Shown: piece by piece, positions 28,876 to 39,523 of the stretch
Layout: each line of letters begins with the position of its first letter
How positions within the stretch are numbered: the stretch's first letter is position 1
Assembly (NCBI GenBank): GCA_020721205.1
Contig: DYNF01000007.1
Location: forward strand, 1,241-65,240
Direction of reading: 5' to 3'
DNA length: 64,000 bases
Source: Prochloron sp. SulCav_FS08_3_32_3330
Lineage (GTDB): Bacteria; Cyanobacteriota; Cyanobacteriia; Cyanobacteriales; DYNF01
Position numbers and translations under genes: made by a program
Notes under the pieces: model-generated
What the model saw: the letters and a program-made list of their open reading frames with translations, nothing else
The model's database searches: none
Told to the model about the DNA's origin: nothing

Positions 28876-29574
28876 TTAAGGAGTAACATTAGTATTATTA
28901 GGAGAAGGATTAGTATTAGGATTTAATAAAGGACGCATCACAATAAAACCCGCTCCAAAAGCCGTTAAAACAATTAATAAAATTGCTAAAAATAATAACC
29001 AACCATTTAAACTATTAGGATTATTAGCATCGGATTCATCCTCGTGTTCTTCAAACTGTAATTTTTCTTTTTTAACCGGAGGTTTTGCCCGTTTTTTTCT
29101 AACTTTTAAGGCTGAAGAACTAGCAGGTTTAATCTCACTGGAAGAAGGTGTAGCTATGGGCATAATTTCTTCCTCCTTTAGATTAGAATTAAGATTAGAT
29201 TCGGCTTCAACAGGTGGATTTAAAGGTGTTTCTTTGACAGAACTAGGCACATTAAAATTACTTGGTGTAGGGGTTTTATTAACCGGAGAAACTTGAGGAA
29301 TATTTAATTTTATTACATTTTGTTGCACCTGTTCCGCCGCTTGTAATATATAAATAATTTCTTGACGCAATTGTTGATTTTGTGTCACTAATTCTTGATT
29401 AATTTGTTTAATCTGTTCTAATTGTTCTTGAGTATTATGTAAATTTTCAACTAATTGCTGATAAACAAAAATAGGTACAGCCGAGCGAGAATTTTTGCCA
29501 ATAAAATTGTTTTCTATAGGCTCACTATCCTTAAAAGATTGATTTTCAGAATTGATGGGGAAGTTACTGGTCAT
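28876..29574 (-). CDS. Hypothetical coiled-coil, Pro/Asn-rich, C-terminally membrane-anchored protein
   Basis: 232 aa; Q-rich heptad segment 'QQLVENLHNTQEQLEQIKQINQELVTQNQQLRQEI'; TM helix 'WLLFLAILLIVLTAFGAGFIVM'. Lies directly downstream of ftsZ on the same strand. Confidence 0.5.
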   Translation of the reverse strand: MTSNFPINSENQSFKDSEPIENNFIGKNSRSAVPIFVYQQLVENLHNTQEQLEQIKQINQELVTQNQQLRQEIIYILQAAEQVQQNVIKLNIPQVSPVNKTPTPSNFNVPSSVKETPLNPPVEAESNLNSNLKEEEIMPIATPSSSEIKPASSSALKVRKKRAKPPVKKEKLQFEEHEDESDANNPNSLNGWLLFLAILLIVLTAFGAGFIVMRPLLNPNTNPSPNNTNVTP

Positions 29575-29665
29575 TTGTTATTTATTATTAGTTATTTTCA
29601 AGCTTTTAGGTCAGGACTTACGCAAAAGTGCGTCATTGCGACGAGAGGGAGAAATCTCAAAGCTT

Positions 29666-29698
29666 AATTTTGAATTTTGAATTTTGAATTTTGAATTT
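29666..29698. repeat. Heptamer tandem repeat (ATTTTGA)n
   Basis: aattttgaattttgaattttgaattttgaattt. A similar tract lies at 8819-8848. Preceded by a 'gtcaggacttacgcaaaagtgcgtcattgcgac' motif. Confidence 0.8.
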
Positions 29699-29701
29699 GT
29701 T

Positions 29702-31048
29702 TTAACGACGGGGAAAACGACGACGTTGCAGAAAATCAGGAATATCTAAGCCACCATTTTTTTTCGGAGGATTTTCCACCGGAGGAATAGGCGCTGGAGG
29801 TAGATTTTGAGCGATCGGCGGAGGTGATGGATTTTGAGCGATCGGTGGGGGAGAAATCGTTTGATTTACGGGATTTTGACGTATAGGATTAGCCATTGCC
29901 ACTCTTGTGGGAGTAATAGAGGCTGTTTCCGGGGAAAAACCCGTAGCAATGACCGTAATTTTTATTTCTCCCTGCATTTTTTCATCAATCACAGCCCCAA
30001 AAATAATATTAGCATTAGGATCCACCACTTCATAAATAGTTTCGGCGGCAGTATTAACCTCATGTAAAGTTAAATCATGACCTCCCGTAATATTTAAAAC
30101 CACTCCTTTTGCCCCATCAATAGAAGCTTCTAATAAAGGAGACGAAATAGCCGCCACAGCCGCCTCTCTCGCACGAGATTTACCCGATCCGATCCCAATG
30201 CCCATTAAAGCGGATCCCGCATCAGCCATGACCGCTCTAACATCAGCAAAATCCACATTTACTAAGCCCGGAATCGTAATAATATCAGAAATGCCTTGAA
30301 CCCCTTGACGCAATATATCATCTGCTACTCGAAAAGCCTCTTGTACAGGAGTTTCAGCCGGAATTACCTGTAAAAGTTGATTATTAGGAATCACAATTAA
30401 AGTATCTACTTGACTTTGAAAAGCATTTATGCCATCTTCAGCTTGATTAGTGCGTCGTCGCCCTTCAAACGTAAAAGGACGGGTTACTACCCCCACCGTT
30501 AAACAGCCCATTTCCTTAGCGATTTCTGCCACAATGGGAGCGGCTCCCGTGCCAGTTCCTCCGCCCATTCCAGCAGTAATAAAGACTAAATCCGTATGTT
30601 CTAAAGCGTGGGCGATTTCATCTCTTGATTCTTCTGCCGCTTTTTGTCCGATCGCCGGATTACCTCCCGCCCCCAGCCCTCTCGTTAATTTTTGTCCAAT
30701 TTGCAGACGACGGGGGGCTTGGGATTGTGCTAAAGCTTGGGCATCGGTATTAATCGCCCAAAATTCAATCCCGCTTACACCACTGATGATCATGCGGTTG
30801 ACCCCATTACAGCCTCCACCACCAACACCAATCACTTTAATTCGTGCCAGAGTTGATGGGGTTATATTATCTTGACGAGACTCCTCTTTCGGAATATCTG
30901 AGGAACTATTAGAATCAGGATTATAGGGTAATCCTGAAGAATTAAAGGGGTGATGATTTTCCACTGTTTTTGATGATAATGATAAACTAGGGGATTCAGT
31001 CTGATTACTGGGAGAAGAATTTAATAATGATAATGAATTAGGTGTCAT
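29702..31048 (-). CDS. ftsZ: Cell division GTPase FtsZ
   Basis: 448 aa; '[13 protein letters not shown]', tubulin signature '[10 protein letters not shown]', 'NTDAQAL'; Pro-rich C-terminal linker and conserved '[10 protein letters not shown]' tail. Confidence 0.95.
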   Translation of the reverse strand: MTPNSLSLLNSSPSNQTESPSLSLSSKTVENHHPFNSSGLPYNPDSNSSSDIPKEESRQDNITPSTLARIKVIGVGGGGCNGVNRMIISGVSGIEFWAINTDAQALAQSQAPRRLQIGQKLTRGLGAGGNPAIGQKAAEESRDEIAHALEHTDLVFITAGMGGGTGTGAAPIVAEIAKEMGCLTVGVVTRPFTFEGRRRTNQAEDGINAFQSQVDTLIVIPNNQLLQVIPAETPVQEAFRVADDILRQGVQGISDIITIPGLVNVDFADVRAVMADAGSALMGIGIGSGKSRAREAAVAAISSPLLEASIDGAKGVVLNITGGHDLTLHEVNTAAETIYEVVDPNANIIFGAVIDEKMQGEIKITVIATGFSPETASITPTRVAMANPIRQNPVNQTISPPPIAQNPSPPPIAQNLPPAPIPPVENPPKKNGGLDIPDFLQRRRFPRR

Positions 31049-31338
31049 CTGGACAAGTTAAAATATAATGGTTATTAAATAAGGGCTTTAAATTTAATCT
31101 CTTACAATAAAATTTACAAGTTTAAGGGATTATGTCAACTATTATGTCTTTTAACGGGATTTTTGGCACAAAAATATATTTTAGTTTTATGATACAACTT
31201 AATAAGGCGTATCGGGTGTTAAGGTTTCAGAAATCTCATTTTTTCCTAGAATTGTCAGGAGGGGATTAGGGGATATCACCACCACCAATGTTTAGAGGGT
31301 TTTAAACTGGTTCAATAATACATAATTTGATTCTTGTG

Positions 31339-31578
31339 TCATATTCCCAATTTTGCTTTAGCATCTTCCCAACTAATAGTTTCTTCTCGTTGCATTTGCA
31401 AAATACTTTCTTGTAATTTATCCGTAATTAAACGCTGTCTCCACTCACTTAACACCGAAAAATCAAAACCTTGATCCGTTAATGCTACTCTTTCCGTTTC
31501 CGATGGAATTTTCCATTGTGCTTGAGGGTGCATGGTCATGATTAAACTCTCCAAATTCTCTATATTTAACAGATACAC
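31339..31578 (-). CDS. Hypothetical small protein
   Basis: 79-aa ORF (shorter if an internal Met is used). C-terminal 'ISWEDAKAKL' resembles addiction-module-type tails. No partner seen. Confidence 0.25.
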   Translation of the reverse strand: MYLLNIENLESLIMTMHPQAQWKIPSETERVALTDQGFDFSVLSEWRQRLITDKLQESILQMQREETISWEDAKAKLGI

Positions 31579-31743
31579 AAATTATTAGTTTTGTCAAGTT
31601 TTATGTTAAGATTTGTTTCGCCAACAGGATCATAAATTTCATTGCGATCTTTTCTATAGTATAAAGACAAAAAAAGTCGGGTTTTTTTTGATTATTAATG
31701 GATTTTTATAAAATTTCCGACTTTTATGATCATTAAGTAGTTT

Positions 31744-31767
31744 TAGTGCTAAAGCACAACAACGAAC
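31744..31767. repeat. Single REP-like unit (inverted orientation)
   Basis: tagtgctaaagcacaacaacgaac, immediately after the stop of the 31777-32544 gene. Confidence 0.65.
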
Positions 31768-31776
31768 TTTTAATTA

Positions 31777-32544
31777 TTAAGCCGTTTTAAAAAACCGGAT
31801 AATTTCTCTCACATGATCTAAAAATTGACCATCTTCTGTTAATTGAGAAATCGCACTTTTTGCTTCTTGAGATAATCTTTGATGTGCTACTTCATTATCA
31901 GCTTTAGACTGATCTAAAGTGGCTTTTAATATGTTTAATTCTTTTCTCGTATTAGTTAATTGATTTTGTTGTTTTGCTAATAAAGAATCAGGTTTTTCTA
32001 AATCAATTTCTGTTAATAAATGTTTAACATTTTCTTCTAATTTATTAACTTTTCCTCTTAATTCAATTACGTCCTCCCTTGGGTATTTAATTTGTTGACG
32101 AATCATCGCTAAACGAGTCGCTAAATATTTATAAGTACGCACAGCAGGACGCAAAAATGTTAATAATAAAGTAGCGATTGAACTAATATAACCAACGGCA
32201 CTAATCCCTGTTACAGCAAGAAAATAAAGCCCTAATGCTGATAAAAAATGTAAAGATAAAGCGACAATAATCGAAATTTTTGAAACCTTATTTACATAGT
32301 TTAATTGTTTTTGATCAACCTGAATATTTTTCTCTTGAGAAATATTAGCTTCGGCAATTACTTCCCTTGCATCAAAATAGATATTCCAAGGTACAGTAAC
32401 GATAATTAATAACCATGAAAAACTAGCAATACCAATAAACCAATCTACAAAATTTCCCGCCGGAATATGTAACCATTGTAAAATAGCATAAGCAATTAAT
32501 GCTAAAATTACAAAAATAAAACTAAACCCATAATAGCCAAACAT
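31777..32544 (-). CDS. Hypothetical membrane protein with C-terminal coiled coil
   Basis: 255 aa; four hydrophobic spans, then a heptad-rich tail ('LEENVKHLLTEIDLEKPDSLLAKQQNQLTNTRKELNILKATL'). Confidence 0.45.
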   Translation of the reverse strand: MFGYYGFSFIFVILALIAYAILQWLHIPAGNFVDWFIGIASFSWLLIIVTVPWNIYFDAREVIAEANISQEKNIQVDQKQLNYVNKVSKISIIVALSLHFLSALGLYFLAVTGISAVGYISSIATLLLTFLRPAVRTYKYLATRLAMIRQQIKYPREDVIELRGKVNKLEENVKHLLTEIDLEKPDSLLAKQQNQLTNTRKELNILKATLDQSKADNEVAHQRLSQEAKSAISQLTEDGQFLDHVREIIRFFKTA

Positions 32545-32809
32545 AATCTTTTCTCCTTGTAAATTTTTAACTAAAAAATATAATCTATATATTGATCATG
32601 AAAGATAAATATTTAAAATAGAAAAACCTTGTGATGCTTTAATAATTTACACAATTGTTATGAATAAAAATAATATTTTATCGAAGTCTTTTGACAATTT
32701 TCTTAATAAAAGTTAAAATCTAAATGTGACAATTTTAAATTTGTCTTTAAATAAGAAAAAACCAAGTCTTGAATAACTTGGTTTTTTCCTTAATCTGATT
32801 GACTTATTT

Positions 32810-33763
32810 TTAATTTAAGTCATCTCTAAATTTTGTTAATAATTCTTCTCGACTCAGAGTAATTAATAAACGGGTTAAATCTTCTGTTGGTAATTGTAAC
32901 ATCAGAGGAATAATTGCTTTTAATTCTTGATCTAAATTTTGAAATCTTACTTTTAAAAGATTTTCAATTAATTCTCTTTTTGCCTTAAATTCCCCTTCAA
33001 TTATTCCCTCAAGTTTACCCTCAAGTTTACCCTCAAGTTTACCCTCAAGTTTACCCTCAAGTAGCCATTGTTCTCGATCTTGTAAATAAGCTGGTGATAA
33101 GTTCATAATGACCTCCTGATCATTTTTATTTTTATTATCTCTCAATTCTAAATTTTTGCGCCAATTTGCTAATAATTCGAGTAAATTAGTCTTTAAAGAA
33201 TCTTCTATTGGCAATGCAACTAATTCTTCAATTGCTATTTTTTGTGTTTTGCCCCTCCCTAATATTCTTAACCATAATGTGTTATTATTTACTGGTAATT
33301 GATGAATAACAATGATTGCCCCACAAAAAAAATCAGGGAAAAAATAAATTCCTTCCTCTCCTTTTTCTACTAATTTTGCACCAAAATTATTTAAAATTCT
33401 TTGAGAACAAGTTGGTGTTAATATCCATAAAAATGGAAATTTAATAGTTGATAAAAGGACTTTTTCTTGTTTTTTCGTTCTTAAAATATGCTCATGAATA
33501 CTATATAATTTAGCTAAACAACTTCTAATTTCTCTTTCCGTACAAGGATTGTGGAATGGTTCAATTAAACAGCTTGTTTTCGCTAGATTTTGTAATAAAC
33601 CAAGGGAATTAAGATTAGTTTGATTTTCAGAATTAGGCGTAAATATTAGGTCTATTTCTCGACGTTCACTAATAAGAGGATATCCTGTTTCTACTAAACC
33701 AAATGGTTTTAATAATTCTTCTAAATATGCCTTGGTAAATTCATCATGAAGTTGTCTTGTCAT
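32810..33763 (-). CDS. Rpn/YhgA-like PD-(D/E)XK family protein with DUF4351-like C-terminus and KLEG repeats
   Basis: 317 aa; N-terminal 'HDEFTKAYLEELL' pattern; C-terminal 'LLKVRFQNLDQELKAIIPLMLQLPTEDLTRLL' resembles DUF4351; (KLEG)x4 encoded by a 12-bp tandem repeat (cctcaagtttac) at about 33008-33062. Confidence 0.5.
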   Translation of the reverse strand: MTRQLHDEFTKAYLEELLKPFGLVETGYPLISERREIDLIFTPNSENQTNLNSLGLLQNLAKTSCLIEPFHNPCTEREIRSCLAKLYSIHEHILRTKKQEKVLLSTIKFPFLWILTPTCSQRILNNFGAKLVEKGEEGIYFFPDFFCGAIIVIHQLPVNNNTLWLRILGRGKTQKIAIEELVALPIEDSLKTNLLELLANWRKNLELRDNKNKNDQEVIMNLSPAYLQDREQWLLEGKLEGKLEGKLEGKLEGIIEGEFKAKRELIENLLKVRFQNLDQELKAIIPLMLQLPTEDLTRLLITLSREELLTKFRDDLN

Positions 33764-33880
33764 AATTTTAAATTTCCTTTACTATTACTATTATATAATA
33801 AATAGATAAATCTTGATCAAAAAATGATCTATTTTTACTAGATTTATATTATTATTAAACCTAAACATTGAGGAGGTAGT

Positions 33881-34828
33881 GTGTTTTTTAGTATTGTTAT
33901 TCCTACTTATAACCGAAAACCGATTTTAGAAAAGTGTTTGAGGGCTTTAGAAAATCAGGTTTTTCCATCGGAAATTATTACAAATTATGAAATTATTGTG
34001 GTAGATGATGGCTCTACTGATGGTACATTATCATGGTTAGGGGATCAGACTCAGGATTTTCCTCATGTTACCCTCTGTTCACAAGATCATCAAGGAGCGG
34101 CGATCGCCCGAAATTTGGGCGTGACAAAAGCCCACGGTGATTTTATTATCTTTATTGATAGTGATCTAGTCGTTACAGAGTGCTTTTTACAGGCTCATAG
34201 TTCAGCTTTACTAGCAGGAGAAAAGCAGTTAAACAGCGATCGCATTTTTACTTATGGTGCGGTAATTAATACCTGTAATTTTGACGATCCTACCTCAGAA
34301 AAGTATAAAATAACTGATTTTTCTGCCGCTTATTTTGCCACAGGAAACGTAGCAATTGCTAAAAAATGGTTAGAAAAAGTTGGATTATTTGATACCCAAT
34401 TTCAACTTTATGGTTGGGAAGATCTAGAGTTAGGAGTAAGATTAAAACAAATTGGTTTAAAATTGATAAAATGTCCAAAAGCGGTAGGTTTTCATTGGCA
34501 TCCTCCCTTTAATTTAACCCAAATTCCTCACCTAATTGATCAGGAAATTCAAAGAGGAAAAATGGGAATTTTATTTTATCAAAAACATCCCACTTTTGAT
34601 GTTAAAATGATGATTCAAATGACTATTTTTCATCGTTTATTATGGGGAATATTATCCTTAAATGGATTATTAAATGAAAAAACTTTATCTCCTCTTTTGC
34701 AGTGGTTAATTAATCAAGGAAAACCACAATTAGCATTAGAAATTGCCCGGATTTTTCTTAATTGGTATAATGTAAAAGGTGTCTATCAAGCTTATGATGA
34801 ATTACAAAAACAAAGCGATCTTAAATAA
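33881..34828 (+). CDS. Family 2 glycosyltransferase
   Basis: 'FSIVIPTYNR', 'VVDDGSTDGT', 'IIFIDSD' (DxD). Confidence 0.8.
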   Translation: MFFSIVIPTYNRKPILEKCLRALENQVFPSEIITNYEIIVVDDGSTDGTLSWLGDQTQDFPHVTLCSQDHQGAAIARNLGVTKAHGDFIIFIDSDLVVTECFLQAHSSALLAGEKQLNSDRIFTYGAVINTCNFDDPTSEKYKITDFSAAYFATGNVAIAKKWLEKVGLFDTQFQLYGWEDLELGVRLKQIGLKLIKCPKAVGFHWHPPFNLTQIPHLIDQEIQRGKMGILFYQKHPTFDVKMMIQMTIFHRLLWGILSLNGLLNEKTLSPLLQWLINQGKPQLALEIARIFLNWYNVKGVYQAYDELQKQSDLK

Positions 34829-37172
34829 ATCTGAAGTTGGGATAAATTCAGAACAAATTAAAGCAAAATCACCGAAAAAAAATACGGTTCAAACAATAAC
34901 AAAATCCTCAAGAAAAAGTTTTTTTGGCTTTAGTTATTTGACAGTATTTTTAACAGCGATCAGCACAATTTTATTAAGTTCATGGATCGGTTATATTTTA
35001 ATTTTAGATCCTAATGCTGTGCTGTGGATAAATCGCTTTTTACCCCAAAGTTTACAAATACCAATGGCGTTACAAACTGCCCCCCAAACTTTAGCAGTTA
35101 TTACAAAAGAAGCCCAAACAGAAAACTTAATTATGGGGGCTAGTATCCCTTTAGGAAATGAAATTTTAATCCCTTTTTCTCAAACTTTGAAAAGTTGTAC
35201 CGAACATTGTCAAACCATTGTAGAATTAAGGGTTTATACCCCGATTTATTTAAACAATCAAGAGTTAAAATATAGTTTAATAGATATTCTAACTATTGGA
35301 GACTTAAATGGTACATTTTCTGAGGAATTTAAAGAATTTTCAGAAAGTCTAAAATTAACTAATTTAGAATTAATTAAAAATGCCCCTAATACTGATGGAA
35401 TGTGGTTTAATCTTTCAGGAGAAACGAAAGATCAAACTTCTTTTTATGGCGAAATTTTATATTATGATCCTATTCAAAAAAATCTAAGTTTAATTTTACC
35501 TTGGCAAAGTAAAGCAAAAAAAATCCCTCAATGGCAAGAAATTACCGGGCAAAAATATCCAGAATTATTAATTGATCAAAGTCAATTATTTAGTCCTTTA
35601 TTTCAGATTTATACGATTAAAATTAATCCCGAATATAACAAATTTGAACAAGATCAGGAAGCAAAAAAACCTTATTTATTTTTGGAAGAAATATCCTTAG
35701 AAAAACCTGCTATTTTTTTACCTGAATATACAGAAATTATGCCCCAAATTAAAGAAGGTTTATGGAATTTAGCCTTACAACATTTAAACGCTTTAAAAAA
35801 GGAAATTCATCCTTCTATTTGGACAGAAACAGCGACTCTACAAAAAGATGCTATTGCTTATCATGCTCAACTTTTTGAAAAACAATGTTCTAATGAACAA
35901 GATACAATGGAAAATCAAATAACTGCTTGTTTATATAATAGTAATGGCACGGTAGCATTAGAACATTTTAAAGCCCTTTTAATGGCAAAGAAAAAAAGAA
36001 AATTAGAAGGAATTTTAACTTGGTTAAAAGAAGATAATTTGAACTTTAAACAGCGTTTAGAAAAAACGATTAAATTAAATCAATTTAATGAAGATTTAAA
36101 AATTTGGCAAGGTTTAATTATCTATAGTCAAGAAGGGAAAGAAAAAGCAATTAACTGGTTAAAAAAATTAGATAATACCAGTATAGAAACTATGACTAAA
36201 TTTGAGACTATTTTAACAGAAATTGATCTAACTTTAACCGAAAATACTGATTATACAGGGCATAATAGTCGGATTATTGGTACTGCTATTCTAGGAGAAA
36301 ATATCGAACTTTATCAATGGCAAAATCCCACTTCTAGGGAAGCCTTAAAACCGATTAAATCCCCTCAAAAATGGTATATTATAGATATTAATTCTTTTTA
36401 TGATGGACAAGAATGGAATCATTTTCCTTTTGAATATCTCAAACTTGATCAATATTCTACTTCTATTTTACCTTTATGGAAAATGTTAGGATTAGAGGGT
36501 AATTCTCCCTTAAAAATTATTACGAAAAAAGCCCAAGGATCCGAAGAAATTACTTTAGCAAATATTAAAGGAATTAAACTTAATAATAATAAAATTCAAC
36601 TGTTAGCTGTGGGTATTCCTTTGGACGAAAATCAATCTATTCCTGCTCAACCTTTACCCTTAGCATATAGTGAATCTGCTTTTAATCTGATGAATTTAGG
36701 AAAAGCAAGTTTATTAGATTTATATCAAATTCAACCCGAATTAATGACTAAAGTTTTACCAAAATTATGGCAAATTTTACCCGCTAAAATGAAAGATTCT
36801 AATGTTAATAATACGGAAGCAATTTTAACTAAAATTGGACATTGGAAAGTTAGTTTTACGGATCTAACGAGTAATAATCAACCGGAAAGTATTTTAACTT
36901 TATATACTGATAAAAAAGGGAATATAGATGCTAATCCTTTTCCGAAAAATGAAGTAAATATATCTTCAGAAATAGATCAACATACAGTTATTTTTTCAGA
37001 TCAAGGAGATATTATTTATAATGAATTAAAGGAAAATTCGGCTGAATTTATGATGAGTATTGCTGATTTACAAAATGATCAGTCTCCAGTATTATTAATT
37101 GATAATGGAGAGGGAAACTATATTATGAAAATATGGTCATCTTCTCAACAAAAATTTATTCAATTGGAATAA
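34779..37172 (+). CDS. Large hypothetical protein with N-terminal membrane anchor
   Basis: 797-aa uninterrupted ORF; TM 'FGFSYLTVFLTAISTILLSSWIGYILIL'. No recognisable motif. The start probably lies downstream of the 50-bp overlap with the GT2 gene. Confidence 0.5.
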   Translation: MSIKLMMNYKNKAILNKSEVGINSEQIKAKSPKKNTVQTITKSSRKSFFGFSYLTVFLTAISTILLSSWIGYILILDPNAVLWINRFLPQSLQIPMALQTAPQTLAVITKEAQTENLIMGASIPLGNEILIPFSQTLKSCTEHCQTIVELRVYTPIYLNNQELKYSLIDILTIGDLNGTFSEEFKEFSESLKLTNLELIKNAPNTDGMWFNLSGETKDQTSFYGEILYYDPIQKNLSLILPWQSKAKKIPQWQEITGQKYPELLIDQSQLFSPLFQIYTIKINPEYNKFEQDQEAKKPYLFLEEISLEKPAIFLPEYTEIMPQIKEGLWNLALQHLNALKKEIHPSIWTETATLQKDAIAYHAQLFEKQCSNEQDTMENQITACLYNSNGTVALEHFKALLMAKKKRKLEGILTWLKEDNLNFKQRLEKTIKLNQFNEDLKIWQGLIIYSQEGKEKAINWLKKLDNTSIETMTKFETILTEIDLTLTENTDYTGHNSRIIGTAILGENIELYQWQNPTSREALKPIKSPQKWYIIDINSFYDGQEWNHFPFEYLKLDQYSTSILPLWKMLGLEGNSPLKIITKKAQGSEEITLANIKGIKLNNNKIQLLAVGIPLDENQSIPAQPLPLAYSESAFNLMNLGKASLLDLYQIQPELMTKVLPKLWQILPAKMKDSNVNNTEAILTKIGHWKVSFTDLTSNNQPESILTLYTDKKGNIDANPFPKNEVNISSEIDQHTVIFSDQGDIIYNELKENSAEFMMSIADLQNDQSPVLLIDNGEGNYIMKIWSSSQQKFIQLE

Positions 37173-37210
37173 TATCTAACATAAATTAAAACAATTGTAG
37201 GGTATGCCCT

Positions 37211-37411
37211 GCTACAGCATGGCGTTTTCATTCTTTTTTTTCCAACGGGTTAAAACCCGTTGCTACCCAAACAAAACCCGTCTTCACGGGTTTTCTGATT
37301 AAATATTAACTAATATTAAAAAATTAAACCTGCGTAGGCAGGTTTTGTTTATGTAGCAAGGGGTTTCAACCCCTTGCCTCCCGAGAATGAAAACACCCTG
37401 CTGCTACAGAG
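37211..37411 (+). mobile_element. Four-hairpin MITE copy 4 (complete, with target-site duplication)
   Basis: Terminal repeats catggcgttttcattc (37220-37235) / gaatgaaaacaccctg (37387-37402), flanked by the 9-bp direct repeat ctgctacag (37211-37219, 37403-37411). Confidence 0.88.
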
Positions 37412-37423
37412 GCTAGGGATCAA

Positions 37424-38017
37424 TTAAGACTCTCTTAATGCTTTTTGATAAGCAATAACAGCTTGAGTTTGACTAGCATAATTCATAAATTGACTTAATA
37501 AAGAAAAATCTAATTCGGGTAAAAATTGACTGCGATTAATTTGTTGATATTTGTCATTAATTAAACGATAAATTAAAAACTTATTATTTTGCCAAAACCA
37601 AACTTCAGGCACACCTAAACCTTGATAAACTTTAAGTTTATCAATACCACCACTGGTTAAAGCAATTTCTAAAGCAATATCAGGAAATTGATGAAATGAA
37701 CCTAAATAATAACATTCATCGGGTTCTAAACCTCTTTCATTTGCTTGTTTACGAAAGGTTGTATTGCCATAACCATTAAGTTCAATTTGTTTTTCGACGG
37801 CGAATATTTCAATTAAACGGGCTGTGATTTTTTTCAATCTTTCGTGTTCAGAGGAAGTTCCCATAATTTCTAAAGCTCCTTCTAAATAAATCATTCTTAA
37901 ACTAGGAAATTGATCAATAAATAAATTAACAAGGGTATCATATTGTTCCCAAGTTACACCATAAAGTAAAATGCGATTTTCATTGGTTAAAGTGTTAATT
38001 TCATTTAAAAGTTGCAT
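37424..38017 (-). CDS. Uma2-family (DUF820) endonuclease
   Basis: 197 aa; 'YLEGALEIMGTSSEHE', 'EPDECYYLG', 'PDIALEI' fit the Uma2 PD-(D/E)XK pattern. Confidence 0.7.
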   Translation of the reverse strand: MQLLNEINTLTNENRILLYGVTWEQYDTLVNLFIDQFPSLRMIYLEGALEIMGTSSEHERLKKITARLIEIFAVEKQIELNGYGNTTFRKQANERGLEPDECYYLGSFHQFPDIALEIALTSGGIDKLKVYQGLGVPEVWFWQNNKFLIYRLINDKYQQINRSQFLPELDFSLLSQFMNYASQTQAVIAYQKALRES

Positions 38018-38044
38018 AATAATTAAATCTCCTTTTTTAGATTA

Positions 38045-39523
38045 TTATTTAATATTCATTAGGGGTAAAAAGATGGTTAAAACTTCTCCAGAATTAGGTT
38101 TTTGACGCACAATTAATTTACCTCCTAAAGCTTGAAATAAATTTTTTGTGACATCAATATTTAATGTTAAACTACCTGTAGCTGGTTGAAACATTAACAA
38201 ATTTCCTAACGATTTTAAGGGATTATTTTCATAAGTACATTGAGATAACATTTGTAATTTTAATTGATTTCCCGCCGTAGTAATTTGGACTTTTATATGT
38301 CCTCCATTGGGCGCACTACGGGTAAATTTTTCCATTAATCCTGTTAAAATTTGGTCTAACATTGCCGGATCACTAACAATATTTGGTAATTGTTTTGGCA
38401 CAATTACATCTAATAAAACATTGCGTCTTTGTGCTTGTTTTTTCCAGCGTGGAATACTTTGTTGAAATACTTGTTCTAAGGAAATTTGAGTTAAACTAAC
38501 TTTTTGATAATTAGAGGATTTACTTTCAAATTCTGCCGCTTTAAATATTAACTCCATTCTGTTAATTTGTTCGGTACATTCTTGATCAATTACTTCTAAA
38601 TGTTTTAAGACTTTTTCATTCAAATCTTTTCTTTTTAATAACAATTTTGTTAAGGTGCGAATTGTGGTTAAAGGCGTACGAATTTCGTGCGTTAATGCTT
38701 GTAATAATTCTAAATCTGAACCGTTACCAGAGGTTTCACAGGTTTTAAGAGGCTCTAAATTGACTTTTTCCGAAATCTTATTTTCTCCTTGAGATTCCAC
38801 AATCGTTTTTTCGGTTAGAGGAGAATGAGAAGGTAAAATTTGTAACAGATAATTGCTAAATTCTGTAACTAGCCGATAATCAGGATCAGGGGGAGTAAAT
38901 TGACTTACCCACTGATCTAATTGATTTAATTGAGGATGACGGGTGAAAATTAAGCGCGATCGCAAAATTTCCCAACTTTGTGCCAATAATTGAGGATCAA
39001 AGGAAAAATAAAACTGAGGATTTCCCCGTTGATCTTGTCCTAATACCATTAATAAACCGAAATAAGGCGTAAAAATAAGACTAAATTGTTCTTGTGCTAG
39101 GGGATCCGTCGGGAATAATGGTAATTGAGTAATAGCAGGATAAACAGAGTAAGATTGAGAATTAAGGGAGGCTGGAAGTTGAAAAGGAGAATTATTAAAA
39201 TATTGATAAGCTTCGGAGGTAAAAATTCCCGTTTGAAATTGAGAAATTAAAACGTCTTTACTGAGGATAGGAGCAGGACTTGATAAAATTAATCCTTGAG
39301 TTAAATGAGTTTTTTGTGAAATTAGTTTTAATAAAAGTTCTTCTAAAGCGATAATTCCACAACGCCATTTCGAGATCGCCCCTAGCCATTCCGCCGTCGC
39401 TTTAATTTTGCCACTGGTGATCGGATTCGGATTTACTTCAATCGTCGGATTAAGAGGTAAAGCAATGGTTTGAGAGTCATGGAATAAATGACTGAGAGTT
39501 TGCAAAAGTAAATTTTCTTTCAT
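38045..39523 (-). CDS. Sensor histidine kinase
   Basis: 492 aa; H-box 'HEIRTPLTTIRTL'; C-terminal HATPase region ('GGHIKV...', 'GGKLIV'). N-terminal sensor domain unassigned. Confidence 0.8.
   Translation of the reverse strand: MKENLLLQTLSHLFHDSQTIALPLNPTIEVNPNPITSGKIKATAEWLGAISKWRCGIIALEELLLKLISQKTHLTQGLILSSPAPILSKDVLISQFQTGIFTSEAYQYFNNSPFQLPASLNSQSYSVYPAITQLPLFPTDPLAQEQFSLIFTPYFGLLMVLGQDQRGNPQFYFSFDPQLLAQSWEILRSRLIFTRHPQLNQLDQWVSQFTPPDPDYRLVTEFSNYLLQILPSHSPLTEKTIVESQGENKISEKVNLEPLKTCETSGNGSDLELLQALTHEIRTPLTTIRTLTKLLLKRKDLNEKVLKHLEVIDQECTEQINRMELIFKAAEFESKSSNYQKVSLTQISLEQVFQQSIPRWKKQAQRRNVLLDVIVPKQLPNIVSDPAMLDQILTGLMEKFTRSAPNGGHIKVQITTAGNQLKLQMLSQCTYENNPLKSLGNLLMFQPATGSLTLNIDVTKNLFQALGGKLIVRQKPNSGEVLTIFLPLMNIK

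Noticed and set aside
29834-30875. ORFs antisense to ftsZ (29834-30067, 30450-30875), and 29455-29667 opposite the 232-aa gene
   Set aside because: They are shadow ORFs within or opposite well-supported genes and have no independent signals.
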